A program made the position numbers and the translations under genes. Source: Candidatus Dojkabacteria bacterium (GTDB lineage Bacteria; Patescibacteriota; Dojkabacteria; J137). From it: DNA of 64,000 bases. Positions 7,948 through 17,260 of this stretch are shown here, in pieces; the stretch's first letter is position 1; every line of letters starts with the position of its first letter. The notes under the pieces are model-generated. The model was not told the origin of the DNA, did no database searches, and worked only from the letters and a program-made list of their open reading frames with translations. The stretch lies in the NCBI GenBank assembly GCA_040006935.1, contig JBDTVZ010000001.1:103772-167771 (forward strand). The letters run 5' to 3'.

Positions 7948-9945
7948 ATGGGTAAATCCAATATTTTAGCCAACGGTCAACTTCTAGTAGGATTAGATCA
8001 ATTTGCACAAGTAGACGACTTATATTTCCCATATATTGGGCTAGAAAATCACGCTTCGGCAACCTTTACGCATAAAATTGGGTTAATGGTAGATAATCAA
8101 TTCACATGGTTAGATGATGGTAAATGGGAATTTTGTTTTAATTGTGAATTATTAGATAAACGAAAACTAATCACAGCCATTAATACAGAATTAGGAATCC
8201 AATTAAAGTTTAATGATGAGGTTTACAATGAAAAGAATATTTTTCTTAGAGGTATTCAAGTTTCGAACTTAGCACCTAGAAAAAGAACAATAAAAATATA
8301 CTTCAATCAACAATTTGAAATATACGAATCTCATAGAGGAGATACTGCATATTATGATCCTACAAAAAAAGTAATTATTCATTACAAAGGAAGAAGATTA
8401 TTTCTAGTTAACGCAAGAATTAGAGAAGATGATACGTATTTTGATGATTATTCTGTAGATATAATGGATCCAGTTAATAATACAGGTAGTTTTAAAGAAG
8501 CGGAAAATGGTAAATTAACTAAAAGAGCTATTGAGTATGGACTTGTAGATTCAACTATTGGATTAACTATAAATATCGAAGCCAATAGAATTAAAACAAT
8601 TGATTATTGGCTTACAGTTTCCAAAACGATGGATGAACTTAAAGAGCTTAATGAATATGTAATAAGAAAAACTGTTGAATACTTGTTAGGATCTGCTAGA
8701 GATTATTGGAAGGCTTGGACAAATAAAATTGAACGAGACTATCGAGATCTTACTCCTGATGAGATTTGGCTTTATGAGAGATCATTAGAAATAATGAGAT
8801 TAAATACAGACTCAACTGGAGCGATCATTGCATCAGTTGATGCTGATTTACTGAAATATGGTAGGGATACATATAGTTATGTTTGGCCTAGAGATGCCGC
8901 AATGGTAATAATGGCTTTTGCAAAGTCTGGATATGATGATCAACTGAGAAAGGTCTTCGAATTTTTTAAAAATATAATTTCAGAAGAGGGTTATTTCATG
9001 CAAAAGTATAGAGCAGATGGTTCACTTGGAAGCTCTTGGCACCCTTGGGTTTATAATGGACAAAAAGAATATCCAATACAGTTAGATGAAACAGCTTTGA
9101 TAGTATACGCCCTTTGGGAGGCATTTAATAATGAGAAAGATGTTGAGTTTCTAGAAAGTATTTATAATGATTTAGTTGTAAAAGCAATAGATTTCATTAT
9201 TACAAGAATTGACCCAGAAACTGGAGTGGTCAAACCAAGTTATGATTTATGGGAAGAAGTATTTGCGACTTCTACTTTTGCGAGTTGTACAGTATATGGG
9301 GCATTAGTTGCTGCAAGTGAATTGGCAAAATTTTTAGGGAAGGAACATAAGACAATTGACTATGCAAACTATGCTGAAAAAGTTAAGCAAGGGATTTTAA
9401 AATATCATTATAATGAAAAAGATAAAGCATTCTATAAATATGTTACCTTTTTAGAAGAAGAGGGTAGAAGTACCTTGAAACCAAGTGAAGTGGTGGATTC
9501 CGCAAGTTTTTATGCTCTCCACAGATTTGGAGTCATAGATATAAATGATGAAAGAATGATACACATGAAAAACGCAATGCATAAGAAATTACAAAATATC
9601 TCCGGAATTGGTGGCTATCCTCGTTACGAAAATGATATTTATTTCAAGAATGAAGATACTGGAAATGGAAATCCTTGGGTACTAACAACACTTTGGATGG
9701 GACAAGCAGAAATTAAGCTTGCAAAAAATTTAGACGAACTTAAACAAACTAAAATGTATTTAAACTGGGCTTTCAATCATGCTTCACAGGGCGGGATGCT
9801 TTCTGAGCAGCTAAATGCAAACACTGGAGAACAACTTTCTGCCACACCTTTAACTTGGAGCCATGCTGAATATGTAGTAACTGTTGTGGAATATTTACGG
9901 AAATATGAAGAGTTATCTAAACAAACTTCTCCCCAAAGCCTTTAA
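7948..9945 (+). CDS. GH15 glucoamylase-like glycoside hydrolase
   Basis: YSYVWPRD, QLDETA, DLWEE, GMLSEQ, PLTWSHA motifs. Confidence 0.9.
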   Translation: MGKSNILANGQLLVGLDQFAQVDDLYFPYIGLENHASATFTHKIGLMVDNQFTWLDDGKWEFCFNCELLDKRKLITAINTELGIQLKFNDEVYNEKNIFLRGIQVSNLAPRKRTIKIYFNQQFEIYESHRGDTAYYDPTKKVIIHYKGRRLFLVNARIREDDTYFDDYSVDIMDPVNNTGSFKEAENGKLTKRAIEYGLVDSTIGLTINIEANRIKTIDYWLTVSKTMDELKELNEYVIRKTVEYLLGSARDYWKAWTNKIERDYRDLTPDEIWLYERSLEIMRLNTDSTGAIIASVDADLLKYGRDTYSYVWPRDAAMVIMAFAKSGYDDQLRKVFEFFKNIISEEGYFMQKYRADGSLGSSWHPWVYNGQKEYPIQLDETALIVYALWEAFNNEKDVEFLESIYNDLVVKAIDFIITRIDPETGVVKPSYDLWEEVFATSTFASCTVYGALVAASELAKFLGKEHKTIDYANYAEKVKQGILKYHYNEKDKAFYKYVTFLEEEGRSTLKPSEVVDSASFYALHRFGVIDINDERMIHMKNAMHKKLQNISGIGGYPRYENDIYFKNEDTGNGNPWVLTTLWMGQAEIKLAKNLDELKQTKMYLNWAFNHASQGGMLSEQLNANTGEQLSATPLTWSHAEYVVTVVEYLRKYEELSKQTSPQSL

Positions 9946-10011
9946 TGGGCTCACGGCCGAAATAAACTCATTCATGGTATAATTACCCTTGGCTATCTTT
10001 TATAAAACTTT

Positions 10012-11154
10012 ATGAAAGACCAAACAAATATAGTATATCTTTTCCATATCTATCAGCCACCGTGGCAAACCAAAGAGGTTTTAGAGGAAAACTACAACAA
10101 ATTTTATCTTCCCTTATTAGAAGTATTAGAATCTAGGCCGAATTATAAGGTTACATTGAATATTTCGGCTTCCCTAACTGAGCAATTGGCTAGAGAAGGT
10201 AAACAAGAGTTCTTTGATAGAGTAAGAGTTCTAGTTAAGAAAGGTCAGATTGAACTAACTGGTAGTGCTGCATATCATCCAATTCTTCCATTAATTCCAG
10301 AGAAAGAAGCAATAAGACAAATTAACTTAAATGATGAGATTAACTCAAAATATTTTAAGGAAGAATGGACACTAGCAAAAACTCGTGGGTTCTTTTTACC
10401 TGAACTTGCATATTCAACAAAAGTTTCAAAAATTATAAAAGGCTTAGGTTTTGATTGGCTTTCTGTGGATCAAACTACTGTGGCTGAGCAAGTTAATTGG
10501 AGTAAACAATATTCAGATAAAAGCTCTGGAATTAAATTACTAATTAATAACCGAGTGTTCTATACTCCCGATGTAAAGAAATTCTCCCAGAATAAATACA
10601 ATGTAATAATTAGTGATGGTGAAAATCAAATAAATAAAGATAAACAAGACATAGATTGGAGTTTATATCTAAGTCAAAGTGATCCTGGTTTGGAATCTAG
10701 ATACTTAACTGTGAGTGAATATTTAAAGGAAGTCGAAAATGAACAAGATATAATTCCTACAGAAAATAGTAATTGGCAAATTAAAGAGGAAGAAAAGAAA
10801 GTTGGTAGTTATTACCATCTTTGGAAAAATGATAATGAACCTATACACAAATTACTCTGGGAGTTTTTATTTGATGTAATGAAAGTTGTGGAACAAAATA
10901 ACTCTGACGATAATTTTAATTTTGCTAGAACAGAACTAGATAAAGGACTCGCTAGTTGTACTTGGTGGTGGGTAGATGGAAGAATATATGGATATAATCC
11001 TACGGCAGTAGTAAAAGGACTCGATATTATTGTGAATGCAATGCGAACCTTGAAAGATATTAACCTTGAAACGAGAATTAGAATTGAGAGATCTTACTCA
11101 GAAATAGTTTTTGAAGTATGGAAAAGGCATTGGACAAATTTTAATAAAAACTAA
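10012..11154 (+). CDS. GH57-family glycoside hydrolase
   Basis: FHIYQP, IELTGSAAYHPILPL, GFFLPELAY motifs. Confidence 0.85.
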   Translation: MKDQTNIVYLFHIYQPPWQTKEVLEENYNKFYLPLLEVLESRPNYKVTLNISASLTEQLAREGKQEFFDRVRVLVKKGQIELTGSAAYHPILPLIPEKEAIRQINLNDEINSKYFKEEWTLAKTRGFFLPELAYSTKVSKIIKGLGFDWLSVDQTTVAEQVNWSKQYSDKSSGIKLLINNRVFYTPDVKKFSQNKYNVIISDGENQINKDKQDIDWSLYLSQSDPGLESRYLTVSEYLKEVENEQDIIPTENSNWQIKEEEKKVGSYYHLWKNDNEPIHKLLWEFLFDVMKVVEQNNSDDNFNFARTELDKGLASCTWWWVDGRIYGYNPTAVVKGLDIIVNAMRTLKDINLETRIRIERSYSEIVFEVWKRHWTNFNKN

Positions 11155-11156
11155 AT

Positions 11157-12290
11157 ATGAAAATTGCAATTATAAGTTCGAATACTTTACCCACACCACC
11201 TGCTGGAGTTGAAATTCCGGATGGATGGACCACATCTATTCATAATCTAATTTCCGAAATAACAGAGGGATTGGTTAATAAAGGCCACGATGTAACTTTG
11301 TATGCTAGTGGTGATTCTAAAACAAGTGCTAAATTAAAAAGTGTTTGGGATGTATCTTCAAGTGAACTTGAAAAAATAGAGAATCAGTTTGGATACTATT
11401 GTTACGATCACATACTTACTTCCTACTGTTTTGAAGATTTAAAAAAAGAAAAATACGACATTATTTACACTTACCACACTTTTGATAGTGGAATATATGG
11501 GAATTTAATAGAGGCTCCAATAGTCTCAACATTCCATGGCTCAGCCCGTGATGATTACTTAAAAATATGGGGAACTAAAATAATTAGCCCTAATATTTAT
11601 ATCGGGATTTCAGATTTCCAAATTAACTCTATACCTTATCTACATTTTTACGATCGAATTTATCATGGCATTGATGGGGATTTTTTTAAGTATCAGTCCC
11701 ATGTAAATGACAATTTAGTAACCGTGGGACGAATTTCCACAGATAAAGGAACAGATATTTCTATTGATATAGCTAATGAATTAAATAAACAATTAGATAT
11801 ATTTGGCACAACTAATTACAAACCTTTGATGGATGAATTGTTGGAGAAATCTAAAGATCATAAGATTAACTTTCATGGGCAAAAGGAACAGAATATTATA
11901 AAACACACCGTGTCTAATTCCAAAGCCTTTATATTCCCTATCAGGTGGGATGAACCTTTTGGATTAGTCTTAATCGAAAGTCTTGCCTGTGGAACCCCCA
12001 TTATTGCTTTTGCAAATGGCTCTCTTCCGGAAATTGTAGAAGATGGAAAGACAGGTTTTTTAGTAAATTCTGATGAAAGTAATATTAGAGGGGATTGGAT
12101 AACAAAGAAGACAGGGAGGGAGGGGTTGCTCGAAGCGGTGAATAAGTTATATTCTTTGCCCATGGAAGAATATTTACAGATGAGAAAGAATTGCAGAGAA
12201 AGTTTTGAACAAAGATTTACAAAAGAAATAATGATTAACAACTACGAAAAACTTTTCCAGAAGATTATTAGTGAAAAAATAGAAAAATGA
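11157..12290 (+). CDS. GT4 glycosyltransferase
   Basis: GHDVTLYASGDS; GRI...KG; EPFGLVLIESLACGTP. Confidence 0.9.
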   Translation: MKIAIISSNTLPTPPAGVEIPDGWTTSIHNLISEITEGLVNKGHDVTLYASGDSKTSAKLKSVWDVSSSELEKIENQFGYYCYDHILTSYCFEDLKKEKYDIIYTYHTFDSGIYGNLIEAPIVSTFHGSARDDYLKIWGTKIISPNIYIGISDFQINSIPYLHFYDRIYHGIDGDFFKYQSHVNDNLVTVGRISTDKGTDISIDIANELNKQLDIFGTTNYKPLMDELLEKSKDHKINFHGQKEQNIIKHTVSNSKAFIFPIRWDEPFGLVLIESLACGTPIIAFANGSLPEIVEDGKTGFLVNSDESNIRGDWITKKTGREGLLEAVNKLYSLPMEEYLQMRKNCRESFEQRFTKEIMINNYEKLFQKIISEKIEK

Positions 12291-13009
12291 AAATATCAGT
12301 AATAACCTCAACTTACAATCGAAAGGATTTTTTAATCGAATGTATTTCAAGTGTGCAAAAGACAATATTATTACCTTTACGAAACGAAGTCCAATTTGAA
12401 CATATCATTTACGATGATGGTTCGACGGATGGTACTGAGAAAATATTTGAGAACCATAATTACATTAATCTAAAATTTATAAGAAATACAGACAATCATG
12501 GGCAGGCATATGGAAGAAATAGAGCAGTAGAAGCAGCTACAGGAGAATACCTTTTTGTATTAGATAGCGATGATATTTTACTCCAAAGAACACTATTTAA
12601 TTTTGCGGATATAGCAAGAAAGAACCCTGATACACTTTGGTTTGTTTCTGATTTTTTAAGAGTAGATGATCAACTTAGATATTTACCTGGACAGGACTAC
12701 TTTGGTTGGAATTTTAAGAACGTGGAGGAAATTTTAAATGCAATCTTCAAAGGAGAACATTATATACAGCATAATGTATTTTTTAAAAAAGAATTATTTT
12801 TAAAATCTGGTGGATATGATGAAAAGATGCATATGGCAGAAGATTTAGATGTATTTGTTAAATTTCTATTAAATAAATCATTCCCTATATATACTAATTT
12901 CCTCTCGCATCTGCATAGAACTCACTTAAGTAATTTATCAAAAGATATGAATTTAGAGGTACATAAAAAAGACGCACAAGTTTTATTCGAAAAATATAAA
13001 AATAGATAA
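12287..13009 (+). CDS. GT2 glycosyltransferase
   Basis: ISVITSTYNR...DDGSTD...LDSDD. Confidence 0.9.
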   Translation: MKISVITSTYNRKDFLIECISSVQKTILLPLRNEVQFEHIIYDDGSTDGTEKIFENHNYINLKFIRNTDNHGQAYGRNRAVEAATGEYLFVLDSDDILLQRTLFNFADIARKNPDTLWFVSDFLRVDDQLRYLPGQDYFGWNFKNVEEILNAIFKGEHYIQHNVFFKKELFLKSGGYDEKMHMAEDLDVFVKFLLNKSFPIYTNFLSHLHRTHLSNLSKDMNLEVHKKDAQVLFEKYKNR

Positions 13010-13010
13010 T

Positions 13011-14531
13011 ATGATAGAAAAAGATTTGAAAATATTACAGGTTGTTGGTGAAATTTATCCGTATTCTAAAACTGGTGGACTTGGTCATGTGACTGCAGAT
13101 ATTACATATAACCTTGCAGACTCAAATAATGACGTGACAGTATTCACCCCACTTTACGGAAGTGTTTGGAAAATGATTAAGAAGAAAAATGTAGAAACAG
13201 TGCTTACAGATATTCCCATTTACATTGACTCTACTACTACAATAACTTGTTCCTGTCTAAAATATGTTAAACACAATGGAAGTAGAAAGCCTATAACCTT
13301 CTACTTTATTAATCATTACGATTTTTTTGGAAGGTATTCCAGAAACTTATATTCAAGTCCAGACATGCATAAAAGGCTTTATTTCTTTAGTAAAGCTGTT
13401 GTTGTAATAATAAAAGAACTGGGATTAAATTTTGACATAGTCCATATACACGATTGGATGGTAGGTCTATTTCCAAAACTACTAAAAGAAGATTTTAACT
13501 TTAGTAGTCATAAATCACCAAAGGTCATTCTAACTATCCATAATCTAGCTTTTCAAGGCTCTGGTTTCTTGAACTTACATAGGTTTGAGAAAAAATTTCA
13601 AAGACCACCCGCACAAATTCTTCCACCATATAGTAATGATGAAAAATGGGAGAAAGTAAATTTTTTAAAGCAAGGTATAAAACATGCAGATATGATCACC
13701 ACTGTAAGTTCAACCTATGCAAATGAAATTGCAACTCCAGAATACGGAGAAGGATTGTCTAGTTTTCTATCGAAATATGGACCAATCTATGGAATTATTA
13801 ACGGAATTGATTACAAAGCATTTAATCCTGCTACAAGTAAGAATGTTCCTGAGAACTTTAATACACTAAACTTTACGGATAAGAAAAGGAAAAATAAATT
13901 ATATCTTATTAAAATGTTAAAACTACCAAAACATTTTATTAATTACCCTTTTATAATAACAACTCATAGAATAACTTATCAGAAAGGCTATGATCTGATT
14001 TTAAAAATATTCAGAACCTTGATGAAAATGAATATTGTATTTGTAGTATTAGGAGATGGAGATAAAAGATATGTAGATAAATTTCACGAACTAAATAAAA
14101 GCTACAAGAATTTTGTTTTCATAACTCCGTATTCAGATATTACAGAAGAGAAATTACTCGCGGGATCAGATATTCTTCTTTGTCCTTCAATTTACGAACC
14201 TTGTGGAACAGCACATATGAAAGGAATGAGGTATGGTGTTGTTCCAGTAGCAAGAAAAACTGGTGGCCTTGCAGATACTATTTCAAACTTTGATGAGAAG
14301 AAAAACTCAGGAACTGGATTTCTATTCTTATCGTATGATAAGAAATACTTTCTCAATAGCATTAAAAGAGCAATTAGAATTCATACAGAAAATAAAAAGG
14401 TATGGAAAGAAATAGTATTAAGATGTATGAACCAATCATTTACATGGGAGAAGAGTATAGAAGAATATATATTTCTATATCGAAAGCTCTTAAAAAAAAG
14501 TAAGAAGACAAAACTACTTAAGTCTAGATAG
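13011..14531 (+). CDS. glgA: glycogen/starch synthase (GT5)
   Basis: PYSKTGGLG, HIHDW, TIHNLAFQG, PSIYEPCG, RKTGGLADT. Confidence 0.9.
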   Translation: MIEKDLKILQVVGEIYPYSKTGGLGHVTADITYNLADSNNDVTVFTPLYGSVWKMIKKKNVETVLTDIPIYIDSTTTITCSCLKYVKHNGSRKPITFYFINHYDFFGRYSRNLYSSPDMHKRLYFFSKAVVVIIKELGLNFDIVHIHDWMVGLFPKLLKEDFNFSSHKSPKVILTIHNLAFQGSGFLNLHRFEKKFQRPPAQILPPYSNDEKWEKVNFLKQGIKHADMITTVSSTYANEIATPEYGEGLSSFLSKYGPIYGIINGIDYKAFNPATSKNVPENFNTLNFTDKKRKNKLYLIKMLKLPKHFINYPFIITTHRITYQKGYDLILKIFRTLMKMNIVFVVLGDGDKRYVDKFHELNKSYKNFVFITPYSDITEEKLLAGSDILLCPSIYEPCGTAHMKGMRYGVVPVARKTGGLADTISNFDEKKNSGTGFLFLSYDKKYFLNSIKRAIRIHTENKKVWKEIVLRCMNQSFTWEKSIEEYIFLYRKLLKKSKKTKLLKSR

Positions 14532-14957
14532 TATCTCATCAAGTTTCTTTTCCTGAGATTCTAAATGCATAAGCACAACTTCGATTTCTCTTTCAGCTCG
14601 TTTATTAACAACATAGTCACCTTCAGCTGTTGCTTCGTAATGCCTTCCTTGTAAATTTTGTCCTATCATAATAATGGGCATTAAGAATATTTGAATCATA
14701 TTAGAAATAAACAACCAGAAAGCAAAAGCAGGGAAAGGATCAAACCTTAATTCTTTTGGACCTAGAGTATTCCAAGCAAGCCAAGTCGATGTCCAAATAA
14801 AAATAATTATAAAAAATCCCATTGTACCTACATGTTTAGTTATAAATAAAGCTGCCTTATCTAGTGGAGAAAGCTCTAAATGAACCTTATGGTGAGTATT
14901 TATAATTGGCTCACGTAATTTCTTTAAGTCTTCTAATTTTGGAATTTCCATTTTCAT
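14514..14957 (-). CDS. DUF1003-like membrane protein
   Basis: two TM segments, FDPFP, PIIMIGQN. Confidence 0.75.
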   Translation of the reverse strand: MKMEIPKLEDLKKLREPIINTHHKVHLELSPLDKAALFITKHVGTMGFFIIIFIWTSTWLAWNTLGPKELRFDPFPAFAFWLFISNMIQIFLMPIIMIGQNLQGRHYEATAEGDYVVNKRAEREIEVVLMHLESQEKKLDEILSRLK

Positions 14958-15074
14958 AATATAATGAGTAATTATTATATTCTATAATATACAATTCAAA
15001 GACACAAGGCAATTGACATTCATTTACTAACAATGTAATCTGTATATTGAATTAATTCCCAATTTAAAATACAT

Positions 15075-15479
15075 ATGTTGACTATAAAAAAAAGTTTACT
15101 TAATAAAATGCTTTTTATTGTAATTGTACTTTTTAGTGCAATTGCTTTTATATTTCTAATTTCTAACCCACCAAGTAAAACATCAAGTGGCTATAGTGAA
15201 ATTGAATCGGATGGGAAACAATTAATTCGTATGACCGCCAAAGCTGGTTTTAGCCCTTCTATGGTAATAGCACAGGCAGAGAAACCAACCACTTTAAGAA
15301 TCTCCACAAAAAATACTTTTGATTGTTCATCAACAGTATCAATTCCAGCTCTTGGAGTAAATAGATCACTACCCTTTACTGGAGAGACTGATATAGAAAT
15401 TCCTCCACAAGTTATTGGAACAACTTTAACTGGTACATGCTCAATGGGGATGTACTCTTTCAAAATAAGTTTTACATAA
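15075..15479 (+). CDS. membrane-anchored cupredoxin-domain protein
   Basis: N-terminal TM; GFSP...DCSS...GTCSMGMY. Confidence 0.8.
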   Translation: MLTIKKSLLNKMLFIVIVLFSAIAFIFLISNPPSKTSSGYSEIESDGKQLIRMTAKAGFSPSMVIAQAEKPTTLRISTKNTFDCSSTVSIPALGVNRSLPFTGETDIEIPPQVIGTTLTGTCSMGMYSFKISFT

Positions 15480-15534
15480 TATAACTCAATAAAAGGACCG
15501 CACATACCTTGGCGTAATTTCGGTACGGTATTAA

Positions 15535-15561
15535 CTCCCCTAACTCCTCTTAAAAGAGGGG
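15535..15561. repeat. solo palindrome of the DUF559-flanking family
   Basis: CTCCCCTAACTCCTCTT-AA-AAGAGGGG (tail plus hairpin). Confidence 0.55.
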
Positions 15562-15780
15562 AAAGAATAATAATACGAACTTTTTTCTTTCTTATTCATT
15601 TTTGCTCAAAATAATTACTCTGCTTTCTAAGTTACTATATCCATGGTATTCAAACCTGCTGCCATTTTCTAACGTAATGGAAGTATCCTATAAAAGTTCT
15701 GTTATCAATTTTAGACATTTTATAGTGTACTCACAAAAAGTTTGTGATACGATGAGATAATTATATATTAGTAGCAATCT

Positions 15781-17172
15781 ATGAGAAGTAAATTTCCACT
15801 CGTGCTTTTCACCATCTTGGTGTTAGTTTTAGGTGTCAGTTTCACAGTTACTTACTATTACCTTAACCGTAATAAGGCAGCACCAGTGCAGAATGTGCTG
15901 GGAACAGCTACACAGTCTGAGCTGTCAATAAAGACCGACATAGATTATATCCATGCAAAATCGGACGGATCCTGTGAGATTAAGTATTCTTATACAGTAA
16001 GCAATACTAGTAAGAAGAATTCCGTGAAAAATTTGAAAACTCAAAGTGATTTACAAAAGACTTTTGGCTCTGATAACTTTGATGTTGTGTCAGTAGATTC
16101 AAAAGATACTAAATTAACAGTAAATAAAAATTTCAATGGAAAGTCTAACAAGGAACTTCTTATTGATGGAAATGATGTAAAGGTAGGAGAGAAGAAAGTA
16201 GTAAGTTTGATTGTAAAATTTAGACCAAATCGAAATAAAGGACCTTTCCAAAATAAGACAGTTATTCAAGGAGATATTGATACCCCTATCACTATAAATA
16301 ATAACAGTACAACTACAGGGTCAAATAATAATGGCAGCGGAGAAGATTCTAATTTACCTCCTAAAACACCTGTCACTACACCTACACCAGCACCCACTCC
16401 TGACACAATTACAACTCCCACCCCAGTACCACCTGCAAGTCCTTCTGATGAAACCAACGCAGACACTACTACCGTAGTAGATGTAACGCCAACTAAGGAT
16501 GAAACTTCCACAAATACTACATCTACAGTAGTTGGTGAAACCTCAACTGTAGTAGCAGCAAGTGAAATATCATTTACACTTCCTGATGACTTGCCAACTG
16601 TGGATGCAACACAAATAACAGACGTTAATGCACCTGAGAAAGATTTAACAGCAAGCGCTGGAATAAGTTTAAATGCAACTTCAGTTAGTGTTTCAGGCTT
16701 ACCCAATACTTCTGGAGTATCTTTTCATACTGGAATGATTGTCAAAGCAGAGGAATGGATAAAGGATAATATTTTAATGTTAAATAGAAACAAAATAATA
16801 ATTGACAAAATCGGTGTGAATGGGCCTATCGATGAAGGAACTACTGAAGCAACTTTAAGTGAAGGCTTTTGGAGAATGCCACAATCCTCTAATCCAGAAG
16901 AGGGTGGCAATACTGTAATCGCAGGACACAGATTCACATATAATTACGGACCTTTAACTTTCTATAATCTTAATCAATTAAGTGCTGGGGATGAAATAAG
17001 AACTATTTGGAACGGGAAAGTTTATAATTACAAAGTAACAAGTTTGAAAATTGTAGACGTAGAAGACCTTGGACCTTTAGAGCCAACAGATAAATCAACA
17101 CTTACTCTTATAACTTGCACATCTTTAACAGATAGTTCTGAGAGATTAGTTGTAAGAGCCACATTAGAATAA
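15781..17172 (+). CDS. surface protein: TM, DUF11-like Ig domain, P/T-rich linker, LPNTSG, C-terminal sortase
   Basis: Sortase triad AGHR / TLITC / RLVVRA; LPNTSG at 16699-16716; YSYTVSN...FQN Ig-like strands. Confidence 0.85.
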   Translation: MRSKFPLVLFTILVLVLGVSFTVTYYYLNRNKAAPVQNVLGTATQSELSIKTDIDYIHAKSDGSCEIKYSYTVSNTSKKNSVKNLKTQSDLQKTFGSDNFDVVSVDSKDTKLTVNKNFNGKSNKELLIDGNDVKVGEKKVVSLIVKFRPNRNKGPFQNKTVIQGDIDTPITINNNSTTTGSNNNGSGEDSNLPPKTPVTTPTPAPTPDTITTPTPVPPASPSDETNADTTTVVDVTPTKDETSTNTTSTVVGETSTVVAASEISFTLPDDLPTVDATQITDVNAPEKDLTASAGISLNATSVSVSGLPNTSGVSFHTGMIVKAEEWIKDNILMLNRNKIIIDKIGVNGPIDEGTTEATLSEGFWRMPQSSNPEEGGNTVIAGHRFTYNYGPLTFYNLNQLSAGDEIRTIWNGKVYNYKVTSLKIVDVEDLGPLEPTDKSTLTLITCTSLTDSSERLVVRATLE

Positions 17173-17176
17173 ACCA

Positions 17177-17204
17177 GTAGGGGAAAGACATGTCTTTTCC
17201 CTAC
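17177..17204. repeat. GTAG-type REP-like palindrome (possible terminator)
   Basis: GTAGGGGAAAGACATGTCTTTTCCCTAC, near-perfect inverted repeat directly after the stop codon. Confidence 0.65.
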
Positions 17205-17260
17205 TTCTACTACTACAAAATTGATGTTTACAGCTGACGTAGTTTTTGGTTTGTGATAGT

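Noticed and set aside
15580-15720. Possible gene remnant on the minus strand (MSKIDNRTFIGYFHYVRKWQQV)
   Set aside because: Only 22 codons with no recognisable family; cannot be supported.
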